DNA of 63,894 nucleotides, filler included, from Reclinomonas americana ATCC 50394 (lineage: Eukaryota): the NCBI GenBank assembly GCA_048213135.1. It is 12 parts of 9 records of this genome, joined end to end, with 100 filler letters (N's around TTAATTAATTAA, not from the genome) between each part and the next. Parts side by side here need not be neighbours in the genome. Positions count along the whole stretch, not along the records: positions 34,161 to 46,368 come from PS015883.1; positions 46,469 to 51,562 come from PS015884.1; 10 more parts are not named here. One strand, written 5' to 3'. Shown piece after piece: positions 37,437 through 49,874 of this stretch; the stretch's first letter is position 1, and every line of letters starts with the position of its first letter. The notes beneath the pieces are model-generated. The model was not told the origin of the DNA and did no database searches. It worked only from the letters and a program-made list of their open reading frames with translations. The position numbers were made by a program, and so were the translations under genes.

Positions 37437-39580
37437 CTCTCTCTCTCTCTCTCACTCACACTCACACTTACTCAGGGTTCGAGAACGATGAGGCACCTTC
37501 TGATCGACGTGAGCGATTCGGATGGTACTTGTACGACTTTGGATCGGCCGTGTTTGTGACCTCAGTCATCACTGCGTTCCTTCCACCGTTGCGTAACAGA
37601 CACACAGAGAGAGACACAGAAAAATCGGAGAAATTAAGCAACAACTCACTCTGTCTGTGTGTTGCATGCTCGTGCAGCTATCTGACGCACGTGGCCGACA
37701 AGTGTGGTGATGGCAAATACGTGTATCTCGGCTCATTGCCGATCGCCAACGATTCGCTCTTTACATATGCAGTGTCAGTGTCGGTGTTCTTTCAAGTTTC
37801 GCGCGCACAGTGGTTGTTTTGTCTACCCTCTGACCGCCGTGCTCACTACTCGCTGGCAGGTGATTGTGTTCATTCTCACTGGTGCACTGGCCGATTACGG
37901 GCGATTGCGCAAGACGCTGCTGGTGTTCTTTACGTTTATGTGCGCGGGAACGACCATGTCCATGATCTTTATCGATCCGTCGCTGTGCACGTGGTGGCTT
38001 GGCGCGTTGCAGATCATTGTCGGCAACGTGTGCTATGGTACCGCGATTATCTTTTACAAGTTGCGTTGCTGGCTGCTGCTGCACTGCTGGCTCCGCACAC
38101 TCACTGTTGTTGTCGTTGCAGTGCGTATCTCCCGCTAATGTCGCGCAATCACGAGGATGTGCTGAAGATCACCGGGGGCGATGGCGACGAGGGCATCAGC
38201 AATGCGCGGTTGATGGCCACCACCGACACGCTGTCGGTGGCGGAGCGCATCGAGAAGGCGCGGACGGGCGCGGAGAACACGATTTCGTCGCTCGGCTATC
38301 TCACTGGCTACCTGGGCGGCCTGGTGATGGTCATCATCGACGTGGGTATTCTGTTCCTGTTTAAGACGTTCTCGGAGAGCCTCGGCTACCAGGTCATTCT
38401 GGCGGCGGCTGGTGGATGGATCTTGCTGTTTGCGCTGATCGCCTTCCCCATGTTGAAGTCTCGACCGGGCCCTCCGCTGCCACCGGGCTCCAGCTACATC
38501 TCGTTTGGGCTGAAGCGCGCCGGCAAGACAATCGGCAAGGCCAAGCACTTGAAGGTGTGTGGTGCATGCTGCGCAAGGGGAGAGAAAGAGGGAGAGAGAG
38601 GACTTGTGCTCACACTTTTCTGCGCCCGCAGCACACGTTCCTCTTCCTGCTGTCGTACTTGTTGCGTGGCGCGCCTCCCAAGTCGCTCCTCTTCGTCTGC
38701 TCACACACTGTGTTCTCGCTTGGCGCAGCATTTACTCGGACGGCTATCAGGTGTGCTTTCGTGTGACTTCTCTCCTCGAACACACTTTTCGCTTCTTTTC
38801 TCACTCTGTTGCTTCCCTCGCAGACGGTACCCATATCGCCCTTCCGCACAACATGTGCCTCTCTCTCTCTCTCTCTCTGACTCCTTTCTCCACCACCACA
38901 GATCTCGTACTGCGCCACCATTTTCGCGTCAGAAGTATTGCAGTTCACCGCCCTTGAGATCGCCTACCTCATCGTGGAGGTGCAAGTGGTCGCCCTGCTC
39001 GGCTGTTACCTCTGGCTGTGGTTGAACCGACGCGGCATGCGTGCAAAGACCATCGTGCTCACCAACTTGGTTTGCGCTGACCTGCTTGTCTGTTTTACTG
39101 CACTCCTCGGCTAAACGGCTGTCCCCCGCGCAGGTGATCATGCTGGCGCTTCCATGCTACGGCTACGCCTTCCTCACCTCCAAAGCCGAGCTCTACATCC
39201 TCGCCGTGGTCTACGCCGCCAACCTCGGCTCCGTACAGAGCTTCTCGCGCTCCATCTTCTCCGAGATGTTGCCGCGCGGCTACGAGGCCGAGTTCTTCTC
39301 CTTTTACGCCATCACCGACCGCGGTACGAGCTGGATGGGCCCACTGGTCTTTGGCCTTGTCAACCAGTCCACCGGCTCACCTCGTGTGGCCTTCTTCTCG
39401 ATCGCGGCCTTTTTCGTGGTCGGCGGCCCCATTCTGCTCTTTGTCGACGTTCGAAAGGGCAAGCACGACGCGGAAAAGTTCGCCGAGTCGACGCCGGCCT
39501 CGGGAGAAACCTCTGTGCCTGTGCCCATGACGGAAGTGCGTTCAACGGGCACCTCAGAGGAGGAGGAAGAGGATGTTTGA
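37317..39580 (+). CDS. Atg22/UMF1-like MFS transporter, paralog 2
   Basis: RERFGWYLYDFGSAVF, GALADYGRLRK, KSRPGPPLPPG, SYFIYSDGYQ|T|ISYCATIFA, GSVQSFSRSIFSEMLPRGYEAEFFSFYAITDRGTSWMGP. Several intron positions are shared with paralog 1. Confidence 0.9.
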
Positions 39581-39909
39581 GTGCATGAAAAAAAAGGGGA
39601 GCGAACGTCGCAAAAGTGTGTCATGCAAACCCCATTTTCCGCGCAAGTGTGTGTGAGAGAGAGAGGAGAGTGTAAGAATGCAGGTGTGTATGTGCACGTG
39701 TGTATGTGTGTGTGTGTCTGTGAGTGTGTGCGAGTGAGTGAGAAGCAACAGAACAGAGAGCATTCGCTTCTCACGCACTTTCTCTCTTTCTCACACGCAC
39801 ACACGCGCACACTCACATGCACACAGACTGTGCTCTGATGTCGTGACACTCTCGTCCACTCACACTCTCAACTCTGCATGTTCGCATCTTTGCATCATCA
39901 TTTTTTTTC

Positions 39910-42900
39910 ATGCAAGTGTTATTCTCCTCACATTCTCAATCTCACTCACTCACTCACTTTCTCACACGCGCACAGACCACTGGAGACTATGTTACTGCGC
40001 TGCGACAGGCTGCTGATTACATTCATGAGCGACTGGGCGATCGTGCTGAAGTCGCCATGGTGCTTGGCAGTGGACTCAGCAGCTTTGCCGATCGCCTGCA
40101 GGATCGCCAGGTCACTCACTCTGCTCCCTCTTCCCCCCTGCCTCCCTCTTCCTCTTCTTCATCCTCTCTCCCTCTCCTCTCCCTCTCCTCTCCCTCTCCT
40201 CTCCCTCTCCTCCCTCTCTTGCTCCTCCTTCTCTCGACCTTGTTCTCTTCGTCCTCCTCGTTCTCCTCCTTCTCCTCCTTCTTTCTCCTCCCCTCCTCCT
40301 CCTCCTCCTCCTCCTCCTTCTCCTCCCCCTCCTTCTCCTCCTTCTCCTCCTTCTCCTCCTCCTCCTCCTCACTCGTATGCATCCCTACGCAGGAGATTGA
40401 ATACGCCGATATCCCGCACATGCCGGCGGTGTATGTCGTCGGCCACGTGCCGAAGCTCGTGTTTGGACGCATCGGCAATCGCAAGGTCTTGCCTTGCACT
40501 GTCTGTCCTTCTCTTGTTGAGCTTTCTCACCGCGCACGCCAGTTGTACTGCTTCGCCGGTCGGTTCCACTCGTACGAGGGCAAGCAGTTTGCCGACGTGT
40601 GCTTCCCTGTGCGCTTGTCGGCGGCGCTCGGCTGCAAGGTGGGAGTTCTTGATGGCGCACTGTGTCAGCGATCGCTGCACTCACCGTCGTGCGCGTGTGC
40701 GTGCACAGGCGTACGTGTTGACGAATGCGAGCGGCGGAAGCGCGCCGGGCATGAAAGCCGGCGATTTCATGCTCATCACCGATCACATTCGCTTCTCGCA
40801 CCGTGATCCCACTATCGGTGAGCTTATGTGCGCGCGCACGCGTGTGTGTTCCATGGTTGCTCACTCGGGTCGTGCTGCAACAGAGACAAACGACGATGAG
40901 CGACTTGGCGTGCGCAATGCCGTCATGAACAACTGCTGGAGGTCTGAATCCTCTCCCTCCCTCTCCCCCGTCTGTGTGCCCACCTGCTCACTTATTCGCA
41001 TCACAGCCTGCGACTCAGCGACCAGATCCGCAGCATCGCCGCAGAGATGGAGCTGCGACTCTTCGAAGGTGGCGCCCTCTTTCACCTCTCTGTCTCCGTC
41101 CCCGCCGGAGTGCTCATGTTTGCGTGTTGCAGGCGTGTACGGCTGGACGCAAGGACCGGCGTACGAGACGCACGAAGAAGTGCGCTTTGCCACGTCGCTC
41201 GGTTCGTCATCGTTGTCTTCTCCGTTGTCGCGTCACCTCCTCCCACAATTCTAATCTCTCGTTTGTAGGCGCGTCGTGCTTCGGCATGAGCACTGCACCA
41301 GAGGCAGTTGTGGGTGCGGCTCTCGGCATTGAGGTGGTCGGCGTGGCCGTCATTACCAACGTTGCCGCCGGTCTCTCCGAAGGCCACTTGAATCACCACG
41401 AGGTCTGTGTGACGCAGCAACACACGAACGATCTCCTGCCTGTGTGCGAGCTCGCTGATCAATCTGCGCAGGTGACAGAGGTCGCCAACACGCAGGGCCC
41501 GCTGTTCCAGCATCTCATGTCTACGTTTATCGAGCGCATGGATGTGGAGCCGGAGAGGCATACAGCCGAGCGCTTCCGCGGACCGCCACCCCCTCGCGAT
41601 TTTGCCATGGCATCGGTGTGCAACAGCCACTGCGCACATGTGTGTGCGCGTCGCCGCCACCTTGCTCACACTTGCGCTGTAGAAATTCACAGCACACACG
41701 TACACCGAGGCCGACGTGGAGCCGGCGGTGGCATATTTGCGCGACCTTGTTGGCGTTCCACACAGTGCTGTTGCGTTGGTCACGATCATTCCCCCGGCAC
41801 TCGAGTCCGCCATTCACGAAATATCTTCTCTTTGTTGCAGCTGGTGGTGTGTTTCGGCGCCGACGCCTTCCAACAACACGTCGATCAAGTGACGATTGTG
41901 CGCCTCAGCGACATTCCCAACTTTCCACAAGTCAGTTTGGCTGGTGCGAGGGGCTCAGTTGCACGCCCTCTTGTTAACTTTCGTGCTCACCAAAGATGTG
42001 CGGGCAGAGGTTGAGGGTCAGCTTGTCGCCGGTCGCCTGCGCAACGGCGAGCTTGTTGTGTGTTTCGAGTCACGCAGCCTGCAGGGTCGGTGGTGATTCT
42101 TCGCAGTCGATCACCTGTGCCGCGTGCTCATTTCGTGCACTTTCCAGGATTTGTACGACATGAAGCCTCGTTCCTTGGTGTCCTGCTCCACCGCCTCGGC
42201 GTGCGACGCACCTTGGTGCAGCTGACGGCCGGTAAATGCCCCTCGCATCGCTTGTTGTGATAAACTTTGGCTTTCTTGTTTCTGTGTACTCTCCTTGCCC
42301 ACTCACTCACTCTCTCTTTCTCATTCTCTCCATCTTATATCCTCTCTCTCCTTTCCCGACTCTCTATATTCCTTTGAGATTTCCTACGCTGATTCACACT
42401 TCACAAACACACAGTGTCGCTCACCTCGGCGCCGGAGGATGCACACACCGCCGACGTCACCGACTACCTCAACTACGCGTCAGTCCCGCCGGTGACGGCA
42501 CTCGGTGGATACCCGCCGCCACGCGGCTCCGACTGCTTTGCGCTGTTGCCGCAGCCGTTGGGCAGCCCGGGAACGGCCGAGTTGCGCCCCATACACCAGT
42601 TTTCCATTTTCCTGCGTCTCTCACTCATCCACATTTGCAGCATGGTGTACGTGTACTACGGTGGACCGTCGTTCTGCACGCGCGCCGAGTCACAGCTGTA
42701 CGTCAAGCTCGGCGGTCACATTGGCGGACCGACCTCCATGTTTCGTTATTTCGTCGTCGTGAGCGTGTGCCATGCCCGCGCTCACCATCCGCACAGAGAA
42801 ATCATGTACCCGCTCCGTGCGTTGCAAGTGCTGACCAGCGCCGTGGCTCTTGTAATTGGTGGCTTCGACGATGTGAGCAAGCAGCAGCTGCATACCCCGC

Positions 42901-44307
42901 GATCTCAGACATCGCCCGTGGAATGCGCGCGCGAGGCAGCTCCTCAGTGGGTCGAGTACGCCCTGCAGCAGTTGTTGGCGGTGTGTATGTCTGTGTGTGG
43001 TCGTGCCCAGTTCACTTGTTTGCTCATTTCTCCGCGCGGTAGATTGTGCTGGTGGATGAGACCAAGTCGCCGGTGCTGCCCAGCACGTACTCGTTCACCC
43101 AGCAGATTCGTATCCCATTGATTGCCACCGCCGCCAACTACGTCAACGTTTCGTACAGTTCTCCTCTCCGTCTGTCTGTTGTCGAATTCGTCGCTGACAT
43201 GTCGTGCGATGCAGGTGGCCGAGGGCGTGCAATACTTGCAAGAGCAGGTGCCGCACAGCGTGGCCTCTGGCCCACATCTGTGCGTCTTTGACTGCGGCAT
43301 TGACGCTGACTGGCCGTCGGTGAGTCCTGCCGCCTCTCGTGCTCTCGCTCATTCCATGTCGTTGCTAATCGTGTCTTGGTGGACGTCTAGGTTTTGAATA
43401 TCTGGAAGACGGTCCCGACGCGCGATGTGCCGCACACGACGGTGATGGATGGCACCATTTACTGCGGCACCTTCAAAGGTCTGTCTGGCGGCAAGAGTCT
43501 GATCCCCTGTCTCCACTCACCCTGCTTGCACCCCAGGCACTACACTTCCGGTGATGGTCTTCTCTCGCCCCAGCCGACACGATGTGCACACGTGGACGTT
43601 CTTTGTGCGAGTTGCGTTGCCGCCGTCGTTCATTCGTCACTTCTTCGTTGTATTGTTGCTGAATGCGTGCACTGTGTTGTACAGATGATGGCCTTCTCCA
43701 AGTGGATCAATGTGGCTCTCATCTGCGGCACCGCTGCCTCGATCGGACCAAACGTCGAGCCGCTCGTCCTCGTGAACGATCACGTCAACTTTACGGGTTT
43801 CTCGGCACTGACGGGCCCGAATGAGGAGTCGTGGGGTCCGCGCTTCTTTGACCTGTCCGACGCGCACAACAAGCACTTGCGCGATTGCATCTTGCAGGGA
43901 GCGAGGGTGAGTGCGATGTCCGAGATACTTGAGCGTGCGTACCATGTGTACTGACGTCTTCCGTGCGGGCAGGCGCTGGAGCTGACAGTGGGCGCCGGCA
44001 TTGCCCACTACACCATGGACTACAGATCCATGACCACTGCCGAAATCGGCAGCCTCGTGCGCTCACGCGCTCACGTTGCGTTTTTCTTCTCTTACCTTGG
44101 GTTGATATGCGCACGTCTCAGACTTGTGTGTTTACCACGGATGCACAGATTGCTTGCGACACCATGATCCAGGAGACACTGGTGGGCCATCACATGTCGG
44201 TGCCGTGCTGCTCCGTGGCGATGACCAGCCCAACGGGTCGCGACATTTTGCTGCAGCTGCTGCCGACGATTGTTCACGTGGCTGCCGAGTGCCCGCATGG
44301 ACATTAA
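39910..44307 (+). CDS. Purine nucleoside phosphorylase (trimeric PNP-I family) with three tandem PNP domains, one intact and two degenerate
   Basis: Domain 1 (to about 41540): VLGSGL, VVGH, GRFHSYEG, TNASGG, GPAYET, GMSTAPE, ITN, NHHEV. Domain 2 (about 41683-43060): LSDIPNFP, GQLVAG, GPSFCTRAE. Domain 3 (about 43215-44307): NDHVNFTGFSALTGPNEESWGPRFFDLSDAHN. Single stop at 44305-44307. Confidence 0.82.
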
Positions 44308-44448
44308 TCGAGTCTGGCGGAATCCATTACACACACCCCCTGTGTGCAGCAGTGCAACGACGATGATGATGATGACAGCGCTCTGCCGCAGTGTAGCCTT
44401 TATGAATCACACAATGATGATGTCCTCGCCATGTTTGCACTCATTTAT

Positions 44449-45977
44449 TTATGCACCAACCGATGAAGTGGGCACGTTTTCAATTAGCGCGTCGGTGGAC
44501 GGCATGCTGGCGGGCGCCTTCACCGCCGATGGCGGTCTGTACGGCTCAAAGTCGGAATCCTCTTGCATAATCAGTCGCACATCAACTGGGTGGTAAACAC
44601 CGACCGACACGGTGGAGCGCGCATGCAGATGCGCCTCGGCTTGCGGGTGATGGTGATGGGAATGATGCTGCTGTTGTTGTTGTTGTTGTTGGTGATGGTG
44701 GTGCTGGAGATGATGGTGGTGGTTGTGTGACTGGCCGGCGGTACCCGCCGATGCATTGTGGTGGTGGGCTTGCTCGTGCTGCTGCGCCTCGCTAATGGCA
44801 CGAGCTCTCTCCTCCTCCTCCCCGTCAAGCGCATCGGCCAGTCGCCGCAGCAGCGGCAGCAGGTCCAGCAACACACGATCCTCCTGAATGTATCCGAGAT
44901 CCACCGACTGCCGCACCTCGAAACGCGGCACCAGAATACCGTTCAGCGGCTGCGGCACAAACGAGCGCGCCATGTCGTCGACCTGCACACAGCAACTCAG
45001 TGAGCATGCACGTTTGCGACCGGCGGCGTGGTGATCCACAAACACACACACACACCAGCACACACGAGCGCAGCTCGGCTCCCGGAATGACGAGCAGATC
45101 CTTGCCGTAGCCAGGCATCTTGCACTTGTCGCGCGCAAAGATTGAGAACTCGCCGGTCTTCGGGTCACGCGCAAAGAACTGCGCAATGGAAGAAGAAGAA
45201 GAGTGGTACGCGTTGAGCCAGTCACCAACGGCTCTCCGCCACTCGCTTGCAGCGCCCTCTCACCTCGCCACGCGGATCAATGCTCCGGACCGCTCCCAGT
45301 GCGTAGCCGTACGTGGCCGCCGAGTACACATGAATCTCGGCAAACTCGGACAGCTGGCGCAAAAACGTCTCCAGATGTGGCCTGAACCACACCGGCCGGT
45401 GCTTCGTCGGCTCATTGTGCGTCGAGTACACCAAGTGTGCATCCTTTGCAGAAGCGAGTCAGTCAGCCACACACACACATCACACAGTGCAGTGCACACC
45501 GAGCTGTGCATGGTAAGACAGACCGGGCGAGGCAGTGCAGCAATGAGCTCCCCATCTTCTCGTTCCGAAAGCGTGTTGAGCAGTGTGTGATCCAAGTCGA
45601 GAACGACAATCAGTCGCTTCCGACGAATGCGCTGTCCGTCTGAGACAACTGCGCATGAGAGAATGTCTCTGTGTGTCTGTGATGTGAGTGAACATGCGCA
45701 ACTGGGAGTAGTCGGGGGAGTGTTGTTGCTTGTCTTGGGAGAGACAGAGTGCTGAATGTTGTTGTTGTTGCTATTGTTGGAGCCGAATGCGAGCGAGTGT
45801 GCGTGGTGCACTTGATTCGCGCGTCGACTCGACCAGGCGGCAGTGAGTGCCGCAGCACACCACACCGTCGTCCAACGCATGTGTGTTGTGCTGAGTCGGC
45901 GCCTGTGTCTGACTGTGTGGGAAGAAAATTCGACGTGGGACACGCATGGAGAGGAGTGCATTCTGCGCATTCTGCAC
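44449..45977 (-). CDS. FCP1/NIF-like HAD phosphatase (CTD phosphatase family); start uncertain
   Basis: RKRLIVVLDLDHTLLNT (DxDxT), FRPHLETFLRQLSEFAEIHVYSAATYGYA, VDD...PQPLNGILVPRF, EDRVLLDLLPLL. His/Gln-rich tail. Confidence 0.85.
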
Positions 45978-46468
45978 CCGAGCGTTGCGCAGGTCGTACG
46001 CTGTTATGTGAACATGAAGTCACCAAGTGCAGCTTTCGAGGCTGCCAACTGCGAAACGTCGACGTCGCGAGTTTCCGTTACGATCGAGGGCGGGAGATTT
46101 TGTCAAAGTCAGGCGAGAGAACTCATGGCGGATCTGGACTTTGTGATCCCGCTTGATCCCGACGTGTTGTTGGAGCCCAATGCCTCTGGTGCCTACTTTG
46201 TGCAAGATGTGGCGCGTGGAAGCAGCGTGGAAGATCAGCCAGCGGATGAATTGTTGGCCACGATCGCTGGTGAGGATGAGAGAGACAGGGGAGAGAGAGA
46301 GAGAGAGAGGCTTGGCTCGGGCGACGACTCACTTCACGCTCCTGTCGCAGAGGTGCGCGATCGTCTGCNNNNNNNNNNNNNNNNNNNNNNNNNNNNNNNN
46401 NNNNNNNNNNNNTTAATTAATTAANNNNNNNNNNNNNNNNNNNNNNNNNNNNNNNNNNNNNNNNNNNN

Positions 46469-47679
46469 AACTTGGTTTTTGCTTTCGCCACAGGCACCTC
46501 ATTGTCGCTGCTCTCTTCCTCTTCTTCCTCGTCGTCATCGTCATCGTCCTCCTCTTCCTCGTCACTCTTGCTCGCCGCTCCAGCATCTCGGTTCGACACC
46601 GGCGCAAGCGATTGCTGCAGCTCACCATGCGCCAGCTCCTGCAAACGATCAACAAAGAGTGAGCCACACACATCCTCTCCGGAAAAAATCAACAAGATGT
46701 TCGCACCTCGCTCAGCATCGTGTCCTCAACACTCTGCTGCGTCGCTCGCTTCAACGCCTCACGCATGGCCTCCTCTCGCTTCCGTGTGGTCCACGAGTCC
46801 TCATCGGGTCGCCGCTTGAACAACGAAATGTACTTCCACTCCAACGGGTAATGCTGTACACAGACAGACAGACAGACAGTCAGTGAGACAGCGCAGACGC
46901 CGACAATCCACCAGCACGACACGAAACTCGAATGTACAACAGATACGAGTGCCACTTGTCGAGATCATCCTGCACCTTGGTTCGCTCCTCCTGCGCCGCC
47001 GGATCAGTCGCCCCATCCAGCGCCTTCAGTGCCTTCATGCAGTGCTCGATCTTGCGCACGACTTTCCGCCTGTGTGTCGCACCATAAGCCTCGGGCGACA
47101 GCTGAAGGACAGCGCCTGGCACGTACCTCTCAAAGAACTTGACTTGCTTGTACCGCTCTCGGTTCTCCACTGCACGATGCACACGTCGCTTCTTCACGTC
47201 CTTGGCCTCCAGCACCTTCAGCTCCGCCAACTTGGTCTCACGAACCGCATCCGGCAGCGTCTGCTCACTCGCAGTCAGTGAACCAGTGTGTGTGTGTGTG
47301 TGTGAATGTGTGCACGAGCGTATGTGTGACTGACTCCCACTCATAGTGAGCAACGCAACGAGCTTCAACAGGCGCTTCAGTGATCGAATGCGTGTGCGCA
47401 CACTGCGATACTTGGATGACTCGCCCTCCTCTTGCTGCTGCTGCTTTTGCTTGTGCTTCTTCCTGCGCACGGCCTCATTGCGATCATAGACAAAAGGCTG
47501 AGGACCATCGGCCTTCTTCTTCTGCGGCTGCTGCTGTTCGCAGAGAGAGAGTGAGGACATGTGCAGATTCACACACTCACGCAAGCACTCACACACGCGC
47601 GCGCTCACGAAACTTTCTTGCCGCCTGCAGTGCGCTGCTTAAAGGCAGTTGCGCGACGCTCGCGGTTGGTGTGTGGCAT
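46469..47679 (-). CDS. EFG1: rRNA-processing protein Efg1 (DUF2361); 3' end at a gap
   Basis: RTRIRSLKRLL, RYKQVKFFERRKVVRKI, YLLYIRHYPLEWKYISLF and an acidic tail. Confidence 0.82.
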
Positions 47680-47747
47680 GGCGACGCTCTCCCTCGCTGA
47701 CACAACACGAGACACAAGCGAGCCACTGTCTCTGTCTCTGTCACACA

Positions 47748-49725
47748 ATGTCAGGCGCACAGGCAGCTGCTCAGGCGGCACGTCGTGCGTTTCTGCAGTT
47801 GTGCGGGTCTACAGCTGCACAACGCGATCAGGTGCACGCGTTCACCCTTTCCCGGCTTTCACTCGGTCTTTCTCACTGTTTTGTAAGCAGGCATTGCGCG
47901 AGGTGGCGCGCTTGTTGGCCAGCGACACTGAGGATCGAGTGGCAGTGGAGCGCGCCAATGCAGAGGATATGCGGGTTGGGCAGGTCGAGGTCGATGGAGG
48001 TTGGGAGACTGTTGATTGATTTGCAAGGATGATGATGATGATTCGTTGCTGATGGATCGATTGTTAAAGGGCGTCTGGCGGCCTCGTCGTACAAACGGTT
48101 GGACTTATCGAGCAAGTGGGACACGGTGTTGGCCGGGCTTGAGCAGGTGGCATCGCTACCGGACCCAGTTTCGTTGCTCTTTTGTTGCAGCAGCAGCAGC
48201 ACTTTGCGAGTGTGCCGACTTGTCTGCGCAGTTGATTCGCGTGTCGATGGCTCGTGAGTTGGCACCTGGTCTTGACTTGTATCGCGTGGCGTGCCCGATT
48301 GGTGTGGTGTGTGTGATCTTTGAGGCGCGGCCGGATGCTGCCGTGCAGATTGCGTCGTTGTGCTTGAAGACGTCGAATGCGGTGATCTTGAAAGGGTGTG
48401 CTGGCGCGCGTCGCTCTCTTTTTGCTTCTCCGTCGATGGTCTCACTCACAGTCGCGCCAGGGGCAAGGAGGCTGTGCGCACCAACACTGCACTGGTGGAG
48501 GCCATCCGCCGGGCACTGGCCATTGTCGGACTGCCACAAGACGCCGTGCAACTGGTGTCCACTCGCGAGGTGCGTGCATCTGGGGGGAAGTGGTTGTTGG
48601 CGCACATTGTTTTTTCATGCACTGTGCGCCGCAGGATGTCAACGAACTGCTCAAGATGAACCAGTACGTCGACTTGATCGTGCCGCGTGGCTCCAACGCT
48701 CTCGTGCGATTCTGCCAGGAGAACAGCACCATTCCGGTGCTCGGCCATGCCGACGGCATCTGCAGTGGTGTGTGTGCCTGTTGCTACACGTGCGCATGCA
48801 TACACGCACTCTTCTCATCGAGTGATCATGCACAGTGTATGTGGATGCATCGGCCGACGCGGAAAAGGCCGCAGCGATCGCCGCCGACTCCAAGGCGCAG
48901 AATGTGTCCGTTTGCAATGCGATGGAGACCCTGCTGCTGCACCGAGACACTCTCGCGCGCGTGTGGCCGGCGGTGGCACAGGCACTCGTCGCCAAGGTCA
49001 TATTTTCGTCTCATGCCACCAGTGGCATGCTCCCCTCACGCCTCTCTCTGTCTCTCCCTCCACGTTGCAGAAGGTGCGCATGAAGATCGATGAGCGCGCA
49101 CGCGAAGCGCTGCTGGAGGCCGGACTGGAGGATCTGGTGGGCTCGCACACGGAGCCAGTCGCGGCTGCCGACTACAGCACCGAATTCCTCGACTACGTGT
49201 GTGCCGTCCGCACAGTGGACTCACTGGAGGAGGCCGAGGAGCACATCAACACACACGGGTCGAAGCACACTGATGTGATTGTCACCGAGGACGCCGCAAA
49301 TGGTGCGTAATGCGCGACTCGCTTCCTCTGAATCTCCCTCCCTCACACGCATGCACGTGCGATGGTCAGCGGAGCACTTTTTCCGCATGGTCGACAGCGC
49401 AGGCACGTACTGGAATGCCTCCAGCCGTTTCGCCGACGGTTTCCGCTACGGTTTCGGTGCCGAGGCGAGTACGAATCGCTTCACCACCACACACACGCAC
49501 TCTCTCTCTCTCTCTCTCACCCTCGTTCCACAGGTCGGCGTATCAACCAACAAGACACACGCGCGCGGTCCGGTCGGCGTAGAAGGTCTGGTCACCTACA
49601 AGTACCGCCTGTACGGACACGGGCAGGTGGTGGCCGACTTTGTCGACGGGCACCAGTCGTTCACACATCGCGAGCTGGATGCCACTGATCTTGCTGCATT
49701 GGCCGCCGATCGAGGAGACAAATGA
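47748..49725 (+). CDS. PRO2: Gamma-glutamyl phosphate reductase (stand-alone ProA/Pro2)
   Basis: [59 protein letters not shown] (catalytic Cys), [43 protein letters not shown]. Confidence 0.95.
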
Positions 49726-49874
49726 AAAGAAGGGCAGAGAGGTGACACGAGTCGATATGACGGGCCCGGCAATTGCATGACTCAACACCGGTCCTGCAAA
49801 ACTCACATCATCACCTCTCGAGTGGAGCGGTCGTTAGTCGCTCGTCTTATCTATCTGAGTGAGCGTGTGTGTGA

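Noticed and set aside
45843..46368. Plus-strand ORF opposite the FCP1-like gene's 5' region
   Set aside because: No recognisable domain and truncated by a gap, so strand and gene identity cannot be decided.
48232..48240. PDP-LIR where ProA usually has PDP[VL]G, considered as RNA editing or a genetic-code change
   Set aside because: Single site. Other genes translate cleanly with the standard code and use TAA, TAG and TGA as stops.
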